This document shows positions 29,672-39,188 of a stretch of DNA of 64,000 bases, one piece after another. The DNA lies in NCBI GenBank assembly GCA_964385105.1, contig CAYLMU010000001.1, forward strand, positions 369,936 through 433,935. The letters are read 5' to 3'. The translations under genes and the position numbers were made by a program. The notes below the pieces were generated by a model that ran no database searches, had not been told where the DNA came from, and saw only the letters and a program-made list of their open reading frames with translations. The stretch's first letter is position 1. Each line of letters begins with the position of its first letter. Origin of the DNA: an uncultured Candidatus Saccharibacteria bacterium. GTDB taxonomy: Bacteria; Patescibacteriota; WWE3; UBA101185; UBA10185.

Positions 29672-32533
29672 ATGTTTACTACACCGCAAAATAAAAAAAT
29701 CCCGGAGCTTGAGAATGATATAACTGAATTTTGGAAAAAAAACAAAATTTTTGAAAAATCTGTAGAACAAAGACCGGAAGATAACCTATATGTTTTTTAT
29801 GACGGACCGCCTTTTATTTCGGGAATGCCTCATTATGGTCATTTACTTGGTTCAATTGCAAAAGACATAATTCCCAGATACTTTACTATGAAAGGCAAAA
29901 GAGTTGAAAGAGTGTGGGGATGGGATGCACACGGTTTAACAGTAGAAAACAAAGTACAAAAGCGTTTAAATATTAAAACCAGGCGAGACATTGAAGAATA
30001 TGGCCTTGAAGCCTTTACTCAAGCATGTTACGCCTACACCTCAGAGATTTCTGAAGAATGGAAATGGTACATTGACCGCATCGGACGCTGGGTGGATATG
30101 GAAAATGCTTACAAAACAATCGACCAGACGTATATGGAATCGGTAATTTGGGTGTTTAAGCAACTTTATGACAAAGGTCTAATTTATGAGGGGGTTAGAA
30201 CTTCGCTATTTTGTACAATATGCGGCACTCCTGTATCTGATTTTGAAGTGGCAATGGATAATAGTTACAAAGATGTTGAAGACCCGTCGGTTACGGTTAA
30301 ATTTAAAGTTGAAAGTGAAGGAAAATTTAAAGGAGCAAATTTGTTGGCCTGGACGACAACTCCATGGACATTGCCGTCAAACAGAGCTTTAGTTGTTGAT
30401 GAATCAGCTGTTTATGTTTTGGTTGATTATAGCGGAGAACCCCTGATACTGGCAAAAGACCGCGTCGAGCCGGTACTTGGTGATAGCCAATATAAAGTTA
30501 GTGAAGAATTCCTGGGAAGCGAACTAATTGGATTGAAATATGAGCCTTTGTACACTTTTTATAAAAGTAACGATGAAGAGTTTAAGGTGTATTCGTATGA
30601 AGGTATGGTAAATATGAGTGACGGTACCGGAATTGTTCATTCGGCTCCCGGTTTTGGAGAAATAGACACTGAAATGGGAAGACATTACGGCTTGACTATA
30701 ATGCTAACGTTGACTGATGAGGGTAAATATATTCCCGGAAATGCCGGAAAGAATTCTTATGAAGGTGTTTTTTATAAAAAAGCCGATAAACTTATTATCG
30801 AAGACCTAAAGCAACGCGGGTTACTGTTTAAAGAAGAAACTATAATTCACAGATTTCCTTATCATGATCGATGTAACACACTTTTGATTCAACGGGCGCA
30901 AAATTCGTGGTTTGTTGATGTGCAAAGTTTAAAACAACGAATGGTTGAAACAAATGAAAATATTAATTGGGTTCCTGAGCACTTAAAATATGGAAGATAT
31001 AAACAAGTTGTTGAAACTGCTCCTGACTGGAGTATTTCGCGAAACAGGTTTTGGGCAACTCCTATGCCGGTATGGGAAGCAGAAGACGGCGACAGAATAG
31101 TAATTTCTTCCATTTCTGAACTTGAAGAACTTTCGGGGCAAAAGGTTGTTGACTTGCATAGACCTTATATTGATGAAATAACAATAAAAAAAGACGGTAA
31201 GGAGTATAAAAGAAGACCTGAGGTTTTGGATTCATGGTTTGAAGCAGGTTCAATGCCATATGCCCAGTATCATTATCCTTTTGAAAATGAGAAAAAATTT
31301 GAAGAAAACTTTCCGGGTGATTTTGTAGTTGAATATATTGCACAGGTTCGCGCCTGGTTTAACGTTATGCATCGACTTTCAGTTGCTTTGTTTGATGTGA
31401 ATCCTTTTAGAAATGTTATATCAACGGGCGTAATGGCAGGAAGCGACGGAAGAAAAATGAGTAAAACCTATGGCAACTACACCGACCCTAAAGAAATACT
31501 TGAAAAAATCGGCGGGGATGCTTTGCGATTGTATTTGATGAATTCCCCTTTGATGGTAGGAGGTAACACCAATTTTGACGAGCAGGAGCTAAAAACAAAA
31601 TTAAATAATGTATTAAATCCGCTTTGGAATTCATTAAAGTTTTTTTTGATTTACGCTGTTGAACATGAATTTACACCTGATAAAAGCGTTCCTTCAAACA
31701 ATTTGCTTGATAAATGGATTATAGCCAGACTGCATGAAACAATTAAAGAATTTACGGTAAACATTGAAAATTATCTTGTTCCTCCTGCAGTACAGCCAAT
31801 TGAAACCTTTGTTGATGATTTATCAAGATGGTATGTTAGAAGGTCAAGAGATCGAATATCATCGGGGGATTTAGAAGCAATGTCTACTTTATATTATGTT
31901 TTGGTTGAGTTAGCTAAGGCCTCCGCCCCAATAATTCCTTTTATGGCAGAACAAATTTATCAAAGTCTTGTTGTACCTGTTGACAAAAATGTACCTGAAT
32001 CTGTTCATTTGTGTATGTATCCCAAGTTTGACCAAACAATTATTGATTCAAGCTTGTCGCTAATACAAGATATGCAGCTAACCCGTGATGTTGTTTCTTT
32101 GGCATTAAATTTAAGAACCGAAACTCAAATTAAAGTTAGACAACCACTAACAGCTATATATATAGAAAATAATTCAAAAAAAGCAAGTGTAATTGAAGAA
32201 TTAGTTATGGATGAGGTTAATGTTAAATCTATTGTAAGCTCGGTTCCTGCAAACGACTTGCCAATAGCCGAACAAAAAGAACTTAAAGTGTGGCTTGATA
32301 CCAGCATAACACCAGAATTGGAAGTTGAAGGATTTTCACGTGAATTAATTAGAACAATTCAGGATTTAAGAAAAAAAGCCGGGTTAAGTGTTGCCGATGA
32401 AATTAATGTAGTGTATTTAAGTAATGAAGAAAATGAAAAAGCTGTAAATTCCTATGGAGAAGAGATTAAACAAAAAGTATCTGCAGTACAGCTTGAGCCT
32501 GGTGAAGATTATCAAATAAAAAAAGTATCGTGA
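29672..32533 (+). CDS. ileS: isoleucine--tRNA ligase, type 2 (archaeal/eukaryote-like)
   Basis: HIGH-type motif PPFISGMPHYGHLLG (type-2 IleRS pattern PPFATGLPHYGH), KMSKTYGN (KMSKS), and a CP1 editing domain. 953 aa. Confidence 0.8.
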   Translation: MFTTPQNKKIPELENDITEFWKKNKIFEKSVEQRPEDNLYVFYDGPPFISGMPHYGHLLGSIAKDIIPRYFTMKGKRVERVWGWDAHGLTVENKVQKRLNIKTRRDIEEYGLEAFTQACYAYTSEISEEWKWYIDRIGRWVDMENAYKTIDQTYMESVIWVFKQLYDKGLIYEGVRTSLFCTICGTPVSDFEVAMDNSYKDVEDPSVTVKFKVESEGKFKGANLLAWTTTPWTLPSNRALVVDESAVYVLVDYSGEPLILAKDRVEPVLGDSQYKVSEEFLGSELIGLKYEPLYTFYKSNDEEFKVYSYEGMVNMSDGTGIVHSAPGFGEIDTEMGRHYGLTIMLTLTDEGKYIPGNAGKNSYEGVFYKKADKLIIEDLKQRGLLFKEETIIHRFPYHDRCNTLLIQRAQNSWFVDVQSLKQRMVETNENINWVPEHLKYGRYKQVVETAPDWSISRNRFWATPMPVWEAEDGDRIVISSISELEELSGQKVVDLHRPYIDEITIKKDGKEYKRRPEVLDSWFEAGSMPYAQYHYPFENEKKFEENFPGDFVVEYIAQVRAWFNVMHRLSVALFDVNPFRNVISTGVMAGSDGRKMSKTYGNYTDPKEILEKIGGDALRLYLMNSPLMVGGNTNFDEQELKTKLNNVLNPLWNSLKFFLIYAVEHEFTPDKSVPSNNLLDKWIIARLHETIKEFTVNIENYLVPPAVQPIETFVDDLSRWYVRRSRDRISSGDLEAMSTLYYVLVELAKASAPIIPFMAEQIYQSLVVPVDKNVPESVHLCMYPKFDQTIIDSSLSLIQDMQLTRDVVSLALNLRTETQIKVRQPLTAIYIENNSKKASVIEELVMDEVNVKSIVSSVPANDLPIAEQKELKVWLDTSITPELEVEGFSRELIRTIQDLRKKAGLSVADEINVVYLSNEENEKAVNSYGEEIKQKVSAVQLEPGEDYQIKKVS

Positions 32534-32545
32534 TAGAATATAAGT

Positions 32546-33901
32546 ATGTCTAATCTTGTTGTCTCATTAAACAGAAATCATCTAAAAATCACACTTAATG
32601 AAAAAAATGAATTTAAAAAAGCTATGGCTGAGCTACCTGATGATGTAGTGAGAGATTCGGAAATTGTTGATATTGACCTATTTTCAAGCGCATTATCAAA
32701 TTTACTTGGTACATTGCATGATGTAAACAGAAAAAAGGCTGAAGTTACATTTTTGGTACAACCGTCCGATGTAATTTTAAGATTTCTTACTCTGTCAAAG
32801 AATCAAAACGAGGCTAATTCACCTGAACATTTTATACAACTGATTAAAGAGAAAGTAAGTGAAATTAATCTTGAGAATTATTATTTTTCATATCAAAAAA
32901 TAGCACCTTTTGTGTATCAATTTGTGGCTATAGAAAAGGCTAAACTTGAAAAATACCTGGAAGTTGCAAATAAGGCCGAACTTTCATTAAAAGCTGTTGT
33001 TCCATGGGATGTATTATTGCCCAAATTCTTAAATGATAACGATCCTTGTGTGTTTTTAGTTCAGGACGGTCATGAACAGACTTTAGCTTTGTCTGAACTC
33101 AACGGTATTTATTTTACCGAAACGTTTAACAGTGCAATGACCGGAGTTGAACTTAGAGAATTGATTGAAAAATTGTCGGTATACAAGAGAAATCGCCCGA
33201 TAAAAAAGGTTTATACCATTACAGACAAAGAATTTGAACTTGAAGGATATGAAGTTGAGCCACTGCTTGTTCTAATAAGTGATTTTAGAGACGCTGAAGG
33301 ATATGAGATTCATTTGCTAACCGAAGAGGTTATGAGTTCAAATCCTGAATATTATGCAACCCAGATTAATCTTTTAACCTTATTGCCTATGCCTGTTGAA
33401 GTAAAAAGAAATCTTGTACCGTTTTATGCCGGAGTTGGCGCATTTTTATTACTTGCTTTAATTGGTGCAGGTATTTATGCATTTGGATTTAAAAGCAGTG
33501 ATGACAATGGGGAACTAGCTAATAATACACAAAATACCCCTGTTGTGTTAAGTGAACAGGAACCGGCCGAACCAGAAGTTGAAGAGAAACAGGAAGAAGT
33601 ACAAGAGTTAAATAAAGCCGATCTTTCTATTAGAGTGCTTAACGGTGCAGGAATTCCCGGTGTGGCCGGAGAAATGCAGACTTTTCTTGAGGAGAAAGGT
33701 TATACAGTTGAAAGTGTAGGAAATGCCGAAACACAGGATTTTACCGATACAGTAGTTAGAATGAAAGCTGATGCTTCAAAATACACAGATGTTTTAATAA
33801 GTGATTTGCAGGAAGAACGAACCGGTATTTTATATGATGAAGAGGTTTTAGATGAAGCAGAACCTTACGATGTGCTGCTCATAGTCGGTGTTTCGGAGTA
33901 A
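32546..33901 (+). CDS. membrane protein with C-terminal LytR_C (LytR/CpsA/Psr C-terminal) domain
   Basis: Cytoplasmic N-terminal domain, TM helix (FYAGVGAFLLLALIGAGIYAF), an acidic linker, and the LytR_C-like segment LSIRVLNGAGIPGVAGEMQTFLEEKGYTV. Confidence 0.5.
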   Translation: MSNLVVSLNRNHLKITLNEKNEFKKAMAELPDDVVRDSEIVDIDLFSSALSNLLGTLHDVNRKKAEVTFLVQPSDVILRFLTLSKNQNEANSPEHFIQLIKEKVSEINLENYYFSYQKIAPFVYQFVAIEKAKLEKYLEVANKAELSLKAVVPWDVLLPKFLNDNDPCVFLVQDGHEQTLALSELNGIYFTETFNSAMTGVELRELIEKLSVYKRNRPIKKVYTITDKEFELEGYEVEPLLVLISDFRDAEGYEIHLLTEEVMSSNPEYYATQINLLTLLPMPVEVKRNLVPFYAGVGAFLLLALIGAGIYAFGFKSSDDNGELANNTQNTPVVLSEQEPAEPEVEEKQEEVQELNKADLSIRVLNGAGIPGVAGEMQTFLEEKGYTVESVGNAETQDFTDTVVRMKADASKYTDVLISDLQEERTGILYDEEVLDEAEPYDVLLIVGVSE

Positions 33902-34200
33902 TGAAAAATTTTGAGTGTAGCAATTGCGGTAAAAAAGTACCGATTGATGCCCCCGGTACAAAAAACAGAAACCATTGTCCTTTTTGCCTATTTTCACTTC
34001 ATGTTGATATTGAGCCTGGTGACAGATTGAATGAATGTGGCGGTTTAATGCCGGCAATCGGAAAATTATATAAAAAAGATGGTGAAGAAGTTCTTGTACA
34101 TAAATGCTTGAAATGTGGCTTTGTAAGAAAAAACCGCGTCGCGGGGGACGATAGCTATAAACTGGTAGAAAACCTTGATGTAGTAGGGGATATAGTGTAA
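33901..34200 (+). CDS. RNHCP-domain zinc-ribbon protein
   Basis: CxxC ... RNHCPFC ... CxxC arrangement (CSNCGK, NRNHCPFC, CLKCG). Its start overlaps the preceding stop (TAATG). Confidence 0.55.
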   Translation: MKNFECSNCGKKVPIDAPGTKNRNHCPFCLFSLHVDIEPGDRLNECGGLMPAIGKLYKKDGEEVLVHKCLKCGFVRKNRVAGDDSYKLVENLDVVGDIV

Positions 34201-34213
34201 TATATCAAAGTCT

Positions 34214-34621
34214 ATGAAATACGCAGTTATAAAACTAGCAGGAAAACAATATAAGGTCTCGGAAGGAGACATTTTTGAATTGGAACGCCAGGAAAATCTG
34301 GATTTTGAAGTGTTGATGCTATCTGATGAAGGCAAAGTTCAAATTGGAACTCCTGTTTTAAAAGATATAAAGATTTCGGCAGCTATTTTGGACAATAAGC
34401 TAGGTGATAAGATTAATGTTTCAAGATATAGATCAAAGTCACGATACAGAAAAAACAAAGGTCACAGACAGCCTTTAAGTGTGGTTAAAATTGAGAAAAT
34501 CGGTGACGGTAAAGAAAAAGCCATTCAAGAAACTACAGAAAATAAGAAGACTGTAAAATCTGAAAAGGCTGTGAAGTCAGAGAAAAAAGTAACAAAAAAG
34601 AGAACCAAAAAGGAGGAATAA
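34214..34621 (+). CDS. rplU: 50S ribosomal protein L21 with Lys-rich C-terminal extension
   Basis: MKYAVIKLAGKQYKVSEGD N-terminus typical of bL21. The C-terminal ~35 aa are Lys-rich. Confidence 0.9.
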   Translation: MKYAVIKLAGKQYKVSEGDIFELERQENLDFEVLMLSDEGKVQIGTPVLKDIKISAAILDNKLGDKINVSRYRSKSRYRKNKGHRQPLSVVKIEKIGDGKEKAIQETTENKKTVKSEKAVKSEKKVTKKRTKKEE

Positions 34622-34624
34622 TAA

Positions 34625-34885
34625 ATGGCACATAAAAAAGCAACAGGATCAAAAGCAAGACAAGGATCAAATGTAATAGGAAAAAGGCTTGGAATTAAGG
34701 TCTCAGGCGGAAGCCTTGTAAATCCCGGTCAGATTATTGTGAGACAAAGAGGAAGAACATTTGTTCCGGGAAATAACGTTGGAATGGGCAAAGATTTTAC
34801 AATCTACTCAAAAATAAGCGGAATTGTTCAGTTTGTTAACCACACCAAACGACAAAAAAAGATCAACGTGGTCGATAATTCTTAA
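34625..34885 (+). CDS. rpmA: 50S ribosomal protein L27
   Basis: MAHKKATGSKARQGSNVIGKRLGIKVSGG matches the bL27 N-terminus. Confidence 0.9.
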   Translation: MAHKKATGSKARQGSNVIGKRLGIKVSGGSLVNPGQIIVRQRGRTFVPGNNVGMGKDFTIYSKISGIVQFVNHTKRQKKINVVDNS

Positions 34886-35416
34886 ATTACTAATCGGGTA
34901 ATATACCAGTACAGCCTTTCCAAGAATTTTATCTTTTGATATAGGCCCAAAATCCCGGGAGTCGGTACTATTTTCTCTATTATCACCAAGTAAAACATAA
35001 GAATTCTCATTTAGTTTAACAGCAGTATTTTCTTTTATAGTTTCTTTGCCGATTGTTGACTGATTGTTTAAATATGGCTCGTTTAAGTTTTTATCATTTA
35101 TATAAATCTGACCCTGTTTTATTTCTAAAGTTTCGTTGGGAAGGCCAATAACACGTTTAATCAAGTATTTATTCTTTGTTTCGGGACTTTCAAATACAAT
35201 AATATCTCCTCGCTGTATTTCACCAAAGCCGAGTGTTACTTTTTCAATAAGAACCTGTTCTTTGTTTTGTAATGTAGGTTCCATTGATTCGCCGGTAACT
35301 TCAACGAGTTCGGCCAAAAAAAGCCAGACCATAAAAAATACGACACCACATATAAATAACACCTCAATAATATCTATTAATGCACTTGAAAGAGAAAAAG
35401 ACTTATTTTTGGGCAT
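34808..35416 (-). CDS. lepB: signal peptidase I
   Basis: S26 motifs GESMEPTL (catalytic Ser), KRVIGLPNE (catalytic Lys region) and LGDNRENSTDSR. The 3' end overlaps the rpmA 3' end by 78 nt. Confidence 0.85.
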   Translation of the reverse strand: MPKNKSFSLSSALIDIIEVLFICGVVFFMVWLFLAELVEVTGESMEPTLQNKEQVLIEKVTLGFGEIQRGDIIVFESPETKNKYLIKRVIGLPNETLEIKQGQIYINDKNLNEPYLNNQSTIGKETIKENTAVKLNENSYVLLGDNRENSTDSRDFGPISKDKILGKAVLVYYPISNLRIIDHVDLFLSFGVVNKLNNSAYF

Positions 35417-35427
35417 AACTTGCTAAA

Positions 35428-36651
35428 TTATAGTACGAATTCAGTTCTTAATACATCCCAAAGCTCCTGGTAGCCGCCATCGTATCCGAGCGCCCAAATT
35501 CCCACGCCTTGAAGCCCTTTATTTTTTGCAAGTTGGTATTTTATTTGAAGTGATTGTGCATTTTCAAAATACACCATCCTCATAGCACCTGTATCGGGGC
35601 TTAAATAACTAAAGTAAGGTGTTTGTGCAGATTCATCCCATAAAACCTGGGAATTTGTTTCTCGAATTGTATTTATTACAGCATCATAGGTTTGAGTTAT
35701 TGAATAACCGGACCAAGGATTACCTATTAGACGAGTGGCATATGGACTTGATGAATCAACAACCCAGTTTCTTCCGTAATAAGGCACGCCTAAGATCAGT
35801 TTGTTAGCAGGGATTTGGCTTAAATAGTCAGAAAGCATGGTTTCAAGGTCGTAAAATGTATATTCTTTAACCCTTTTAATTGGTGCAATCGGACCGGCAG
35901 TATCGGAAGCGTTAACATGAAAGTCATATGCCATAATAAAAATACCGTCAGAAACAAGCGCAAGGTCTTCAACTTTTGTTACGCGCGGCCTAATTAATGA
36001 GTCTGCAAAAGTAGATACAACAACCTTAGAATCCCCGTATTCTTTATCAAGTTCCTTATTTACATATTTTACAAAATTTGTATATTGGTTTGCTGTTTGA
36101 GAATCGGTGTAAGAACCGTATTCAAAATCAATATTAACATCTTTAATGTCGTGGTGGGCAAGTTCGGTTTTTAATTCTTTTACCATTGTTTCCCAGCATG
36201 AAGTGCAGCTCAAAAAAGTATCTGACACATTATCGTCGTGTGAAATTATTGTTAATGCCACGTCAATATCTTTTGATTTAGCGTTTTTTATAAACCTGTC
36301 GAGCTGTTCACTATTTCGCCATTGGTTGTATCCGGGTTCAGTATAACCTTCGCTCGTACGCTTTTGTATGGTTCCATCACTATTTATTGAGAGTGCGAAA
36401 TAAGCAATGTCGGTTAATGAATCTGTTTGAATAAAAGGAATCTCTCCTAATTTCCAATAAGGGAGAAATCCATAAACTGTATAGTCTTTAGCCTTTTTGT
36501 CGGTAGCTGCCAGTACGCTAAACCCTTCATCTATTGGAGTGAGTGGTTTGTGGGAACGAGCAGACCTGAAGGTAAGCAGGTTAAATATGACGAGTGCCAG
36601 GATGAACGCATAAAGTCCTGTCACCAGCCTTATGTATTTTTGCATACCCAC
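35428..36651 (-). CDS. glycoside hydrolase family 18-like (chitinase/peptidoglycan hydrolase fold), membrane-anchored
   Basis: N-terminal TM anchor and the GH18 catalytic motif D-x-x-D-x-D-x-E (DIKDVNIDFEYG). Confidence 0.65.
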   Translation of the reverse strand: MGMQKYIRLVTGLYAFILALVIFNLLTFRSARSHKPLTPIDEGFSVLAATDKKAKDYTVYGFLPYWKLGEIPFIQTDSLTDIAYFALSINSDGTIQKRTSEGYTEPGYNQWRNSEQLDRFIKNAKSKDIDVALTIISHDDNVSDTFLSCTSCWETMVKELKTELAHHDIKDVNIDFEYGSYTDSQTANQYTNFVKYVNKELDKEYGDSKVVVSTFADSLIRPRVTKVEDLALVSDGIFIMAYDFHVNASDTAGPIAPIKRVKEYTFYDLETMLSDYLSQIPANKLILGVPYYGRNWVVDSSSPYATRLIGNPWSGYSITQTYDAVINTIRETNSQVLWDESAQTPYFSYLSPDTGAMRMVYFENAQSLQIKYQLAKNKGLQGVGIWALGYDGGYQELWDVLRTEFVL

Positions 36652-36692
36652 CTATTTTGCAATTATTGAAAGCAGATGTCAAATGGTAGAAT

Positions 36693-37895
36693 ATGCGTAT
36701 GGTTAAAGTAAAAAATGCTCTAAAAAATGCAAACCGTATTTGGTATATATTTGGGTTTTTTGTTTTTTTGGGTTTTGCATTGTACCTGGCATATATGCAA
36801 TGGGATTTATCTCACGATGATTCGTTTGATTACACTTTAAACACTAAATCAGCTTCAAACGATGTTTTGTCATGTGACACATCACAAACCATTGAATATT
36901 TGTACTATTTACCGGAAATTGAGGAAAAAAGGAATAACAAGTTTGGACTATATATTTATGCTGAAAATAGAGACCATCTTACTTTGGCAGAGGAACTTGT
37001 TAATTCAAACGGAGGAGATTGGGGTTATGTACTTTTGCCTTTTAACGTACGTGACCGCGACAGGGTAAAATGGACATCCGTATTTACACGTTTGCGTGAG
37101 AAACACTTAATTCCCATCATCCAACTTCATGACGTTAACTTAAACAGATACGAAGATGAAACTAAAGGTGCCGCTGAGTTTCTTGATGATTTTGTGTGGC
37201 CGGTAAGACAGCGCTACATAAGTGTATATAACGAGCCAAATGATGCAAAATTTTGGTATGGCAAGGTGGATCCCAGGGAATATGCAAGAATTTTAGATTA
37301 TACAGTTGAAACATTTAAAAAAACTAACCGCGATTTTTTTATGCTAAATGGTGCGTTTAATGTTAGTGCCCCCAATTCAGGAACTTACATGGATTCGTTT
37401 GATTATATGGCAGTAATGAATGATGAAGTTCCGGGTATTTTTGAGAAACTGGACGGTTGGGCATCACACCCTTATCCGCAGCCAAACTTTAGCGGCAGTC
37501 CGCATGATTCCGGAAGATGGAGCATTAAAGCCTATGAAGATGAATTAAAATTTTTGGAATCCGAGCTGGGAGTAAGTAAAGATTTACCTGTTTTTATTAC
37601 AGAGACGGGTTGGGCACATGCCGAAGGGCAAAATTATGACGGAAGCTTTTTACCCGCTCAAAAAGTTGCCGAAAACTTAAAGATTGCTTATGAACAAGTA
37701 TGGCTTCCTGATGATCGTGTGGTAGCAGTTACGCCATTTACTATTTGGTATGACCCGCCGTTTGATCATTTTTCGTGGGTAAACAAAGATTTGGTTCCTT
37801 ACATACAATTTGAAGTGATAAAATCAATGAAGAAAGTAGAAGGCACTCCACAACGTTTGCAAACGGGTAGAATATCGTCGGGGTGCCGTAATTAA
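36693..37895 (+). CDS. clan GH-A (GH5-like) glycoside hydrolase, membrane-anchored
   Basis: N-terminal TM helix. A NEP acid/base motif (SVYNEPNDAKFW) and a TE-G nucleophile motif (VFITETGWAH) are spaced as in (beta/alpha)8 clan GH-A enzymes. Confidence 0.5.
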   Translation: MRMVKVKNALKNANRIWYIFGFFVFLGFALYLAYMQWDLSHDDSFDYTLNTKSASNDVLSCDTSQTIEYLYYLPEIEEKRNNKFGLYIYAENRDHLTLAEELVNSNGGDWGYVLLPFNVRDRDRVKWTSVFTRLREKHLIPIIQLHDVNLNRYEDETKGAAEFLDDFVWPVRQRYISVYNEPNDAKFWYGKVDPREYARILDYTVETFKKTNRDFFMLNGAFNVSAPNSGTYMDSFDYMAVMNDEVPGIFEKLDGWASHPYPQPNFSGSPHDSGRWSIKAYEDELKFLESELGVSKDLPVFITETGWAHAEGQNYDGSFLPAQKVAENLKIAYEQVWLPDDRVVAVTPFTIWYDPPFDHFSWVNKDLVPYIQFEVIKSMKKVEGTPQRLQTGRISSGCRN

Positions 37896-37910
37896 AGACA
37901 ATATATTCTA

Positions 37911-39188
37911 ATGAAGAACTCAAGCACGGCCAGGGCGGTAGCAAATAACACTTTTTATCAATTATTAGGAAAAATAATTAGCATGTCTATTACTGTTTTG
38001 GCTACGGTAATTATTGCACGTTTATACAGTAGAGAAGGGTATGGTGAGTTTAATTTAATGCAGGGTATTCCTGCCCTTTTTTTTATTATTGCTGATTTTG
38101 GCATAAATGCTATTGCGACAAGAGAGCTTTCAAAAGACTATTCACTAGCCGAAAAATACTTTGGGAATGTTTTACTGATGAGATTATGTTTTTCGGCATT
38201 ATTAATGCTTTTAGGGGGAATTGTGATTACCTTCTTTCCGTATTCGTATTCTTTAAAGGTGGGAATTTATCTAAGTTTGTTTTTAATTCTGACACAAGCC
38301 TTGTATGCAACAACTAACATAATATTTCAGGTAAAACTTAGATATGATTATTCAACAATCGGGTATGTTGCCGGAAGCGCGGTTATTTTGTTTTTGGTTT
38401 TGATTTTGTCTTATTTACGCGTGAATATTATGTGGGTGAATTTTAGTTATGTAATCGGAGGTTTTGTTACGTTTTTAATAAATATATTTTTAATTAAACA
38501 AAAGCTTGATTTGAATATTAAGCTTCAATATGACCCGGTTCTTTGGAAGTTCTTACTTATTCAAAGTTTACCCCTTGGTTTAATGTTTATTTTCAGTCAG
38601 ATTAACTTTAAGGCCGATTCTATATTACTTTCATTGCTTGACGTGCCTAATTTTATTGAATTATCAAAAACCGAAGTTGTAGCAGTTTATGGGTTAGCAT
38701 TTAAAGTGTTTGAAGTTGGTCTTGTGGTGCCTACCTTTTTTATGAATGCGGCTTTTCCGGTTTTGGTGAGACATCAATTAGAAGGCAAAGAAAAGCTGAA
38801 AAGTACTTTTTTTAGGTCATCGCTAATATTATTGGGTTTGGGAACTATTGCCAGTGCCGCCGGAATAGTGCTATCACCATGGGTAATAAATGTTATAGGT
38901 GGGGATGATTTTTCATGGTCGGTAACTGTTTTAAGGATTTTATTAGCAGGAATTCCTGTTTTTTATGTTTCACAACCGCTTTCATGGCTAATTGTCGCAT
39001 TAAATAACCAAAAGTATCTTCCGCATATATATTTAGTCGGTGCAGTTATTAATTTGAGCGGAAATATTATTTTCATTCCTCAATATTCGTTTTACGCTTC
39101 AGCGGCACTAACGTGGGCTTCTGAGCTAATTATTTTATCATTGCTGGTCATTTTGGCACTTAAATCCTGGAGAAAAGCTTATGCTTAA
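37911..39188 (+). CDS. polysaccharide biosynthesis protein / Wzx-like flippase (MOP superfamily)
   Basis: 12-14 TM helices. The N-terminal region is typical of the PST/Wzx family (YQLLGKIISMSITVLATVIIARLYSREGYGEF). Confidence 0.7.
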   Translation: MKNSSTARAVANNTFYQLLGKIISMSITVLATVIIARLYSREGYGEFNLMQGIPALFFIIADFGINAIATRELSKDYSLAEKYFGNVLLMRLCFSALLMLLGGIVITFFPYSYSLKVGIYLSLFLILTQALYATTNIIFQVKLRYDYSTIGYVAGSAVILFLVLILSYLRVNIMWVNFSYVIGGFVTFLINIFLIKQKLDLNIKLQYDPVLWKFLLIQSLPLGLMFIFSQINFKADSILLSLLDVPNFIELSKTEVVAVYGLAFKVFEVGLVVPTFFMNAAFPVLVRHQLEGKEKLKSTFFRSSLILLGLGTIASAAGIVLSPWVINVIGGDDFSWSVTVLRILLAGIPVFYVSQPLSWLIVALNNQKYLPHIYLVGAVINLSGNIIFIPQYSFYASAALTWASELIILSLLVILALKSWRKAYA

